From positions 1 to 33,780 of IMG/VR virus record IMGVR_UViG_3300027769_000083: 33,780 nucleotides of DNA, one strand, 5' to 3'. Shown here in pieces: positions 1 through 7,279 of this stretch. Numbering within the stretch: the first letter of the stretch is position 1; every line of letters begins with the position of its first letter. The stretch comes from a virus (lineage: Duplodnaviria > Caudoviricetes). The notes beneath the pieces are model-generated. The model saw only the letters and a list, made by a program, of their open reading frames with translations. It did no database searches and was not told the origin of the DNA. Both the position numbers and the translations under genes were made by a program.

Positions 1-1
1 C

Positions 2-352
2 GGACTTGTACCCGTCGGTGGTGCTACAGGAGGGTGGCACACATACATGAATAATAATAAATGGGGAGTTGGTGATCAGCAAGCAGGCGGTAATCCTTTC
101 ACAAGAAGTAGGGGGCATGCATCAATCTACGCAAGAATTAATAGCGGAGCAGGTGGTAATGGTGCCGCGAATTTGACATGGACTGGTACGTATGACCAAA
201 AACCTGGTATTGGTGCTAGTGGTTTATGCGTTTTAAGATTCCCAATAGCTGCAAATAAATACATATCAACAACCGGTACAGTGAGTCGTGTTGTTTTTGG
301 TGATTATGTTTACTTCACATTCACATCTACTGGTACATTAACTATTTTATAA
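2..352 (+). CDS. Glycine-rich tail fibre/virion protein, C-terminal part (5' truncated at window edge)
   Basis: The frame is open from base 2 (GLVPVGGATGGWHTYM...), so ATG 47 is probably internal. C-terminus 'GASGLCVLRF...TTG...GDYVYFTFTSTGTLTI' resembles the Gly-rich domain common in aquatic phage fibre genes. Confidence 0.6.
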   Translation, partial: GLVPVGGATGGWHTYMNNNKWGVGDQQAGGNPFTRSRGHASIYARINSGAGGNGAANLTWTGTYDQKPGIGASGLCVLRFPIAANKYISTTGTVSRVVFGDYVYFTFTSTGTLTIL

Positions 353-353
353 T

Positions 354-680
354 ATGGCACATTTTGCTAAAATAAATAAAGAAAATATTGTGTTACAGGT
401 CATTGTTGCAGAGCAAGATATCATTAATACGGGGTTATTAGGAGACCCCGCTACATGGATACAAACTTCTTATAATACACGCGGTGGTATTCATTATGAT
501 CCGAACACAGGAGAGCCGTCAGAAAATCAATCTAAAGCATTAAGAAAAAATTATGCGGGTATAGGCTATATATACGATCCCGTAAGAGATGCTTTTATAT
601 CGCCCAAGCCAGATGACAATTTTGTATTAGATGAATTTTCATGTTGTTGGATACCCAAAGAACAAACTGTTCTAGAATAA
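354..680 (+). CDS. Conserved phage protein that follows Gly-rich fibre genes (putative fibre chaperone/accessory)
   Basis: Recognisable family signature 'MAHFAK..NIV.QVIVAE...WIQTSYNTRGG.H...LRKNYAGIGY.YD..RDAFI.PKP...C.W'. Starts 1 nt after the upstream stop. Confidence 0.7.
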   Translation: MAHFAKINKENIVLQVIVAEQDIINTGLLGDPATWIQTSYNTRGGIHYDPNTGEPSENQSKALRKNYAGIGYIYDPVRDAFISPKPDDNFVLDEFSCCWIPKEQTVLE

Positions 681-683
681 ATA
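678..683 (+). promoter_or_regulatory. Possible T4-type late promoter TAAATA
   Basis: TAAATA (overlapping the upstream stop codon) lies 8 nt before ATG 692, followed by TATAAATC. The spacing differs from the 5-6 nt seen elsewhere. Confidence 0.4.
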
Positions 684-691
684 TATAAATC

Positions 692-3202
692 ATGTCCCAT
701 ATTGAATTTGTAGATGATATTTTAGTCTATAACAGTGTATCCGCTGTTTCTGGGCTTTATTCGGAAACCCTTGAAGTCCGCACAAGCATATCTTCTCCGG
801 ATGTTAACTTAATTAAAGCTACATCTGCCAATTGGGATAGTACTTATACCACCGTATGTGCTTATAGTGCTGCTTGGAATGTTGTATATGATGGATCAGA
901 CATAAAAGCTTTGACATCCAATTGGGAAAATACATACAATGTAACCTCAAATTTAAGCGCAGACTGGACAACAGCATTTAATACAGTATGTGCTTGGGGT
1001 GCTTCATCAGTACCAGATATAGCCTTAAAATTTACTGCTGACATTATAGGAAATGGGATAGATAATGTATATACATATTTCCATGGTTTGGGTACAAAAG
1101 ATTTGGTAGTTTCTGTTATAGAGATTGCAACCGGCAATATTGCCCTAGCAGCTGTTTATGTAACAGATACACAAATCACTGTTGAATTCGCATCTCCCGT
1201 AACAGGTACCTTATATAGATTGGTAGCCATTGGCGCAACAAACTTAGCTGATTATCGCACACTTTCTGCAAATTGGCAAAATACATTCACCACAGTCTCC
1301 AGCAATAGTTCTAATTGGGAAACCACTTATACGACATTCAGAGACCAAAGTGGTAATTTCTTAACATCAGAAAGTCAATCATTAAGTTTTGATGATTCTA
1401 CAAAAGAATTGGGGTTAGTGGGTGGAAATTCGGTATCGTTAAGTGCATTTTCGAATGAACTAAGCCAATTATCTGGCAATTGGGAAAGCACTTATACAAC
1501 ATTCAGAGACCAAAGTGGAACATTTTTAACTACTGAATCTGATTCCCAGACATTATCATTTAATGATGTATCAAAAGAACTAAGTATTACCAGCGGCAAT
1601 TCAATATCATTATCATCATTAGATGTAACAGGCTTATCTAGCAATTGGGAATCAACATATACTACCGTTAAAAACAATAGTGCAACATGGGATTATCAAG
1701 GAACTGACATAAAATCATTAACAGGCAATTGGGAAAACACCTATGCTACTGTATCTTCGAATAGTGCTAATTGGTCTTATCAGGGCACAGACTTAAAGGC
1801 ATTAACGGCAAACTATGACATTACATTTACTACAGTAAAAAATAATAGCGCATCTTGGGCATTAGTTGGCTCTGATGTATCCGGCATATCCGGTAATTGG
1901 CAGAACACCTTTACTACAGTTCAAAATAATAGTACGATGTGGGATTCGACATATACAACAGTGAGCAATAACTCAGGTACGTGGTCATCTAATCCGCAAG
2001 TAGTAGAAGCTACTGTTTTTAATGCGGATAGTGTTACCATGGCGAGAGGTGATGTTGTATATTCATTTGGCGCTACAGGTAGCACCATGTCAGTTAAATT
2101 AGCTTCTAACAGCGGAGAATCTACCTCATCGAAAACATTAGGATTTGTTAACGGCACTATAGCACCGGGAAGTACTGGTACAGTCACTATTGTAGGTAGA
2201 ATGGAAAACTTAAATTTTGGAACACCATATGTTGATGGCGATGCACTATGGTTAGGGACCGTACCGGGTACCTATACTAGAACTAAACCAATAGCACCAA
2301 ATCATGGTGTATATCTAGGTGTTGTAGAAAGAGCAAATTCAGGAAATGGAATAGCCTATGTAAAGGTTCAAAACGGTTATGAATTATATGAGATTCATGA
2401 CGTAGCTATTACTACACCGTTATCCGGTCAAATGCTGCGCAGAAATAGCGCAAATACGCTTTGGATCAACACAGACGATGGTACCAAGTGGGATAGTACT
2501 TACACAACAGTAAATACTAAAAGTGCTAATTGGGATGCAACAGCTTCGCGGACATTTGGATCTGAATATTCATTTAATGAACAATTTTTAAATAATGCAA
2601 GCTTAGGTGGCAATTTAGTAGTAGGAACTACTACAGGTGGCTTACTAACCGTTGCAACCTCTGGAGTATTTGGTCAAGTGCAACTCACTACAGGAACTAC
2701 TGCAACTGCTGGTAGTAATGTACGCATTCAATCAGGAGCAAATCAATTCAATGTGATTGGAAATGGTACTTTAGATTATGCAATAAGGTTTAACCAATCT
2801 AGTAGTGTTTGGTTTGATGGTACACTAACAGGAGCTTTCCGTGCGGGGCTAATGACATCTTTCAATACAGATAGCACCGGCATTTATTTTAGATTAGTAA
2901 ATGGAAGTGCATTGCAGTTTGTATCTAGATCTGGCGGATCTGAATCAGTTTTAACTCTAGACCCAAATATTACGCAAGGACCCTTTCATTTATGTCAGTT
3001 TTCTATTAATTCTGCTGGGACTTCAATCACTGTAAAATATAACGGCACAGTAGTAGGTACTGTAACAACAAATATACCGACTGCAGGGCTATTTCATAAT
3101 ATATGTTTGATTAGAGACTCAGCTACTGGAACGGCAGTAACAGCCAATTTAGACTTTGTGGCTATGAGGTACGTGCCGAATACAGCGTTTTTCACTTTTT
3201 AA
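692..3202 (+). CDS. Tail fibre / receptor-binding protein with Trp-periodic coiled-coil shaft and C-terminal beta-sandwich (lectin-like) head
   Basis: Ser/Thr-rich. Repeated S[AGS]NW[EDQ][SN]T[YF]TTV units, a small 'FHGLGTKDLVVSV' domain, two 'SQ[ST]LSF....KEL....GNS.SLS' repeats, the fibre motif 'ELYEIHDVAITTP..GQ.L...W.N', and a beta-rich C-terminal ~210 aa. Confidence 0.8.
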   Translation: MSHIEFVDDILVYNSVSAVSGLYSETLEVRTSISSPDVNLIKATSANWDSTYTTVCAYSAAWNVVYDGSDIKALTSNWENTYNVTSNLSADWTTAFNTVCAWGASSVPDIALKFTADIIGNGIDNVYTYFHGLGTKDLVVSVIEIATGNIALAAVYVTDTQITVEFASPVTGTLYRLVAIGATNLADYRTLSANWQNTFTTVSSNSSNWETTYTTFRDQSGNFLTSESQSLSFDDSTKELGLVGGNSVSLSAFSNELSQLSGNWESTYTTFRDQSGTFLTTESDSQTLSFNDVSKELSITSGNSISLSSLDVTGLSSNWESTYTTVKNNSATWDYQGTDIKSLTGNWENTYATVSSNSANWSYQGTDLKALTANYDITFTTVKNNSASWALVGSDVSGISGNWQNTFTTVQNNSTMWDSTYTTVSNNSGTWSSNPQVVEATVFNADSVTMARGDVVYSFGATGSTMSVKLASNSGESTSSKTLGFVNGTIAPGSTGTVTIVGRMENLNFGTPYVDGDALWLGTVPGTYTRTKPIAPNHGVYLGVVERANSGNGIAYVKVQNGYELYEIHDVAITTPLSGQMLRRNSANTLWINTDDGTKWDSTYTTVNTKSANWDATASRTFGSEYSFNEQFLNNASLGGNLVVGTTTGGLLTVATSGVFGQVQLTTGTTATAGSNVRIQSGANQFNVIGNGTLDYAIRFNQSSSVWFDGTLTGAFRAGLMTSFNTDSTGIYFRLVNGSALQFVSRSGGSESVLTLDPNITQGPFHLCQFSINSAGTSITVKYNGTVVGTVTTNIPTAGLFHNICLIRDSATGTAVTANLDFVAMRYVPNTAFFTF
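1313..1518 (+). repeat. Intragenic direct repeat (41 nt, period 165 nt) in the tail fibre
   Basis: 1313-1353 and 1478-1518 read aattgggaaa(c/g)cacttatac(g/a)acattcagagaccaaagtgg with 2 mismatches; both encode NWE.TYTTFRDQSG. Confidence 0.85.
1646..1984 (+). repeat. Tandem 14-codon (42 nt) degenerate repeat array
   Basis: Trp (once Tyr) recurs every 14 residues for eight consecutive units. TGG at 1646 to TGG at 1982 = 336 nt = 8 x 42. Confidence 0.85.
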
Positions 3203-3604
3203 TTAGTCTCTCCATTCTTCAAAAAGTCCTTTTTCATTAGAGAAGAGGACTTTTTTAAATCCAACCTGATTGAATATAGACTGACATCCCATGCATGGTT
3301 TTGCCATAGCTACTTTTCCGTTCTTATCAATTCTTACATTAACAAAAGTACAATCAGAACAATCATCCTTACCATATTTTAAGATAGCAGAAAGCTCTGA
3401 ATGGGTTCCTACAAACTTTCTAATATCTAATCCATCTCTTCCTTTATAATTAAAGCGAAGATTTGCTGGATGGGTTTTATTAGCATTAATGCCGATCTTT
3501 TGAATCTTTCCTTTTCTTACAATAAAAGTGGTATGGAAGGTTCTGTGATCAATAATATCCGGCATCAATGAACGGGTGATTTCTACGTACTTATGGAAAT
3601 TCAT
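3203..3604 (-). CDS. Zn-dependent cytidine/deoxycytidylate deaminase-superfamily protein
   Basis: HxE (THSELSAI) and PCxxC (AKPCMGC) Zn-binding motifs, with an N-terminal 'IVRKGKI..IG.N' strand pattern. Confidence 0.85.
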   Translation of the reverse strand: MNFHKYVEITRSLMPDIIDHRTFHTTFIVRKGKIQKIGINANKTHPANLRFNYKGRDGLDIRKFVGTHSELSAILKYGKDDCSDCTFVNVRIDKNGKVAMAKPCMGCQSIFNQVGFKKVLFSNEKGLFEEWRD

Positions 3605-3873
3605 TTTTTAGACTTTTTGGTAACGATATTCTTCAATTTACAAGCACAATGTTCTTTGATTGGGCATAAATTGCATGTATTATCGTTATCTAAAAATATA
3701 TCGGGTCTCCAACACGCACCCGCTGTAACTTCTTCACAAGCTTGTTTATTTTTTACGAGATCAAATTCTTGAATAGTATAACCAAAATTGAATTTTTTAA
3801 TTTCGTCTTTTAGTTTTTGTATTCGTTCTTCTTTTGTTACTCTTTGAGGCTTTTCTTTCTTTTTGCGTTTCAT
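3601..3873 (-). CDS. Small basic Cys-rich protein (metal or Fe-S binding)
   Basis: Six Cys including CxxCPxxxxC (CNLCPIKEHC), Lys-rich termini, and an ATGA overlap with the deaminase gene. Confidence 0.6.
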   Translation of the reverse strand: MKRKKKEKPQRVTKEERIQKLKDEIKKFNFGYTIQEFDLVKNKQACEEVTAGACWRPDIFLDNDNTCNLCPIKEHCACKLKNIVTKKSKK

Positions 3874-4345
3874 TTTTTAATGATTTATAATATCTCATGT
3901 TTTTTTTCATTCCATTATAAAGACCTATAATAGAAGGCATCATCTTCTCAAAATTTCTTGCCTGAACTTCTGTTTTATTATTCCAATAATATTTTTTAGT
4001 AATATTTTTTATATCTGATGCAAACTCTTTAAAAGGCACATCATCTACAACATATTGAATATAATGACAAAATTCATGCAAAAGATCTTCAATGAATAAT
4101 TTCATTACTTGATGTTCAGGTAATGAAAAAATATCTTTTCTTATGCATATAGCATTATTAAATGTATATTGTGAGCATTCTTCATTAATTATTCTTAATC
4201 GAAGAATGTGATAATTTGATGTTCTCTTAGGTCTTACAGAATTTAAAACACAAGATAATAAAGATTCAATGTAAGAAAGATTTATATTGCAATTTTCAAT
4301 GATTTTTTTATCTTTCTTATCACACCGAATCTTTATGAATTGCAT
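3797..4345 (-). CDS. Zincin-like HEXXH metallopeptidase (SprT/IrrE-like fold)
   Basis: 'LLHEFCHYIQY' followed ~25 aa later by 'Y.WNNKTEVQARNFE' (third-ligand Glu, ExxA pattern). Confidence 0.7.
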   Translation of the reverse strand: MQFIKIRCDKKDKKIIENCNINLSYIESLLSCVLNSVRPKRTSNYHILRLRIINEECSQYTFNNAICIRKDIFSLPEHQVMKLFIEDLLHEFCHYIQYVVDDVPFKEFASDIKNITKKYYWNNKTEVQARNFEKMMPSIIGLYNGMKKNMRYYKSLKNETQKERKASKSNKRRTNTKTKRRN

Positions 4346-4353
4346 ATTAATAG

Positions 4354-4815
4354 TTAATCATCTTCATATGGGTTATCATCATATTCACCATATTCAGCAT
4401 ATTCGAAGTCTTTAGATTCTTCTACGATGAAATTATCCATATCGGGGAAGAAATAATCATCACCAATAGGAAAACAATTACCAAGATGATTCATAAGATC
4501 TACCTGATCAGTTAATGATTCGAGAGTTTCTGTTTTTTCATAACATAGATTATAAAATTCTCTACCAGCGGCAATTGCTGCATAACAATAAAATAGATAT
4601 TTTGTATTTTTAGCCTGAAGTTTACCATTCAAAAAGTATGCATAATCATCACAAATATTTTTATACAATTCTGATTGATGTGGTACTAGGCGCTTCAACA
4701 AATCTTTCTTAATTGTCTTTGCGTCTTTACTTTGGTTGAATTGGATAGTCTCAACAAAATTCCAGAATTCATTGAGATCATCGTTACTATATTTTTTATT
4801 AGGATTCTCTGCCAT
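4354..4815 (-). CDS. Hypothetical protein, DUF4240-like, with acidic C-terminal tail
   Basis: N-terminal 'EFWNFVE' and internal 'IAAGREFY' resemble DUF4240 hallmarks. Tail EESKDFEYAEYGEYDDNPYEDD. Confidence 0.45.
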   Translation of the reverse strand: MAENPNKKYSNDDLNEFWNFVETIQFNQSKDAKTIKKDLLKRLVPHQSELYKNICDDYAYFLNGKLQAKNTKYLFYCYAAIAAGREFYNLCYEKTETLESLTDQVDLMNHLGNCFPIGDDYFFPDMDNFIVEESKDFEYAEYGEYDDNPYEDD

Positions 4816-4847
4816 TGTTTTTTATGTTTTTACTAATTTATTGGGTT

Positions 4848-5558
4848 TCATAATAAATCTTTTTTAACCTTATCTTGCAATAAGTCAACAACTGTACTTT
4901 TCATATATACTGCTGGGATATCTTGCCAAAATGTTTTATCAAATTCACGTAGATAAAAAATCTTTAATCCTGCACATTTCTTACCGGTTAGTTGTTCATG
5001 CAAATAAGCATAGATAGAAAGCTGAATGGTATATGTTGTGAATTCACATTGTTGCAGATAATCTAAAGGTGCATAAAAATAATCATTATATTTCGAATTG
5101 AAATTAAATTTTTTATTTGTTTTGAAATCTAAGATGTAAAATAAATCATTATTTTCCACAATAACATCTGCGGTTCCAGCAAGTTTATAATCATGTGAAT
5201 ATACAGCGTGCTCACAAAGGATATTTGAAGAAGATTTGATGACTCCAGTACATTTCTTATCAAAGCTTTTAATTAGTTCTTCATATCCTTCCGTAATATA
5301 TTGATTTTTTAAATATTCTTCCATGATAGAGTGAATATTAGTACCTCTATTTTGTGCCGTTTTGGTAATTGTTTCCCATTCTTTTAAAACCTGTGCTTGA
5401 TCTTTTCCATCGCGATGGGCAATTTTTGCACTCCAATAATCTTTATCGAAAGGTTTTTTATACTTACCAATTAAAGTCGTAACAGACATATACTTTTCAC
5501 CATTGCGAATATTAGTATATGTATGTGTAGAATGGTCTAATACAATATCATTATGCAT
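4848..5558 (-). CDS. PD-(D/E)xK superfamily exonuclease (RecB/Cas4-like phage nuclease)
   Basis: 'SVTTLIG', 'RGTNIH', 'E....S....AGTAD', 'ILDFKT' and 'QLSIY' match RecB-family nuclease motifs. Confidence 0.88.
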   Translation of the reverse strand: MHNDIVLDHSTHTYTNIRNGEKYMSVTTLIGKYKKPFDKDYWSAKIAHRDGKDQAQVLKEWETITKTAQNRGTNIHSIMEEYLKNQYITEGYEELIKSFDKKCTGVIKSSSNILCEHAVYSHDYKLAGTADVIVENNDLFYILDFKTNKKFNFNSKYNDYFYAPLDYLQQCEFTTYTIQLSIYAYLHEQLTGKKCAGLKIFYLREFDKTFWQDIPAVYMKSTVVDLLQDKVKKDLL

Positions 5559-5563
5559 GATTC

Positions 5564-5591
5564 AGTTTATGATACTGTAACAAAATATCAA
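5564..5591 (-). promoter_or_regulatory. Sigma70-type (early) promoter TTGATA-N16-TAAACT
   Basis: Minus strand reads TTGATA ttttgttacagtatca TAAACT gaatc ATG(5558). It has the same -35 hexamer as the dUTPase promoter. Confidence 0.6.
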
Positions 5592-5599
5592 GGAATATC

Positions 5600-6664
5600 C
5601 TAGAGATATCCGACTGCTGTCCAATATACAGTAGCTGTTTCTGTAGTAGAAGGAGTTGTAGCTGAATAATCTAATACAATATCAAAAGATGAGAATGTTA
5701 TATTCTTAGTGACGGGTACAAAATTATTGTTTATTAATGCATTATAACCTATAGTAGCTTGAACATTATAACAAACAGCCCATGATGTCAATGGGAATTT
5801 AATAGTTAAAAATTGATTGGCAGATAATCCGGCTGTTTGACCCCATTGCATCACGAAATCATTATGTAATACTTGGTAACCATTATTACTTTTTTGTGAA
5901 GAAAGAGGTGTTAAATTTAATTGCAGATCACCATCGACATTAAAATTCAAATGATTTGTATTTGTTTTAATATAAATGCCGGTAGTTGGATCCGCGGACA
6001 ATCCTGAATTTGAATTAACAAAAGAATTAGATATCTTATCTGGAGTAATACCACCAATTATTTGATTATTATATACATTCTGAAGAGTAATTTTATTATC
6101 AACTATATGAATAGTATCATTATCTGTATTAGCAGATAAGCCAGAAATTGATTTTATTATAGCACCGGCAGAAAATGTAGTGACTGTTGAATTGGGTATT
6201 ATTTTAAATACTCCACCAACAACTTGGAAGTCTGTGGGTTCATAATTTATAAAAATACCTTCGGCAGATAAAGAACTTAATCCGCCATCTATTCTATACA
6301 CTTCAGAACCTATATGTTCTCTTTGTATTCCGCCGTCTTTTAATTTAAATCCCGAATCATATTCAATCGTAATATTGTCGGCGTCGCCGCCTATATGTTG
6401 CCATGTAGTACCATCATATATATATGCACGATCTTCATCTATACGAAAGAAAATATCAGTAGCCTGAGGGGAACTAGGAAAAAGTGTGTTGTCTATTGTA
6501 ATTTTATTATTGACTCGTATACCGCCTGTGGTGGTACCATCCCCGATATAAACTCTTTTAGAATCGGTGGTATAAGCTAATTCGCCTTGATCAAAAACTA
6601 CAGATGATCTTTCTGATTCAGTTCCTCTCCTTAATTTAATTTTTGCTATTCTACGATCGATCAT
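5600..6664 (-). CDS. Tail fibre protein with Mtd-N/hyaluronidase-like N-terminus and gp53-like/H-lectin-type C-terminal domain
   Basis: N-term 'IKLRRGT..ER....GELAYTTDSKRVYIGDG...GG'; C-term 'NGYQVL....MQWG...IKFP....CYNVQAT...F....VYWTAVGY'. Confidence 0.8.
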   Translation of the reverse strand: MIDRRIAKIKLRRGTESERSSVVFDQGELAYTTDSKRVYIGDGTTTGGIRVNNKITIDNTLFPSSPQATDIFFRIDEDRAYIYDGTTWQHIGGDADNITIEYDSGFKLKDGGIQREHIGSEVYRIDGGLSSLSAEGIFINYEPTDFQVVGGVFKIIPNSTVTTFSAGAIIKSISGLSANTDNDTIHIVDNKITLQNVYNNQIIGGITPDKISNSFVNSNSGLSADPTTGIYIKTNTNHLNFNVDGDLQLNLTPLSSQKSNNGYQVLHNDFVMQWGQTAGLSANQFLTIKFPLTSWAVCYNVQATIGYNALINNNFVPVTKNITFSSFDIVLDYSATTPSTTETATVYWTAVGYL

Positions 6665-6668
6665 ATAT

Positions 6669-7268
6669 TTAAGATTTATAAATTGCTACGTGAACATGTC
6701 GGGGATCAAAATAATTTATTGTAGGTGGTGCACCTGTTTCTAGGCGCATGCATCTTACATAAACTTCTTCATTTGTTGAATTGCTATTTGCAACTGAGCT
6801 AAACATTTTTAGGCTAGTAAAATCTGCATCTTCTATGGTAGTACTAACCTGAATGTGGTAATCGTCTGCAGTCAGAGAATCTAATATACTTGTTGTAACT
6901 GCGTCAATATTGATAATATAACGACCTGCTGCTTCTCTAGTTACACTATCAATTCCATAACCATTAATTTTAGCACCATCAAGGCCATTAAAAGTAATAA
7001 AAGCTTTTGCAATATTAGGTGCTGTGCTTCCGCCGGTTGCTTCCATATGACCAGTAATAGTTCTACCAGAAGCTGATAGATCGCCGGAAACAGCTGAATC
7101 ACCCGAAACAGTTATACCGCTGTTTGCTCTGCCGACTTTTAATGCGGATTTATTACCTACTCCATCATACAAATCTACTTGTGTACCCACAGGCAATTGA
7201 GTACCTTGTGCATGTAATAGTCCTGCAAAAGTTTCATCAATATTTTGATCCGTTAAATTCGTCGGCAT
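6669..7268 (-). CDS. Short fibre/virion protein
   Basis: C-terminal domain 'AKAFITFNG...YGIDSVTR..AGRY.INI' resembles common phage fibre tip domains. Preceded by TAAATA-N5. Confidence 0.6.
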   Translation of the reverse strand: MPTNLTDQNIDETFAGLLHAQGTQLPVGTQVDLYDGVGNKSALKVGRANSGITVSGDSAVSGDLSASGRTITGHMEATGGSTAPNIAKAFITFNGLDGAKINGYGIDSVTREAAGRYIINIDAVTTSILDSLTADDYHIQVSTTIEDADFTSLKMFSSVANSNSTNEEVYVRCMRLETGAPPTINYFDPRHVHVAIYKS

Positions 7269-7273
7269 GTTAC

Positions 7274-7279
7274 TATTTA
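7274..7279 (-). promoter_or_regulatory. T4-type late promoter TAAATA
   Basis: TAAATA gtaac ATG(7268); overlaps the upstream stop codon. Confidence 0.65.

Noticed and set aside
4848-5558. Calling the nuclease Cas4 / part of a CRISPR system
   Set aside because: It lacks the four-Cys Fe-S arrangement of Cas4, and there is no array or other cas gene in the window.
5600-6664. Mtd-like N-terminus suggesting DGR-driven tropism switching
   Set aside because: Only the generic N-terminal anchor motif is shared; I saw no second copy of its 3' end and no RT.
6666-6671. TAAATA 1 nt before ATG 6664
   Set aside because: It is formed by the upstream stop codon and its spacing is incompatible with transcribing the start codon.
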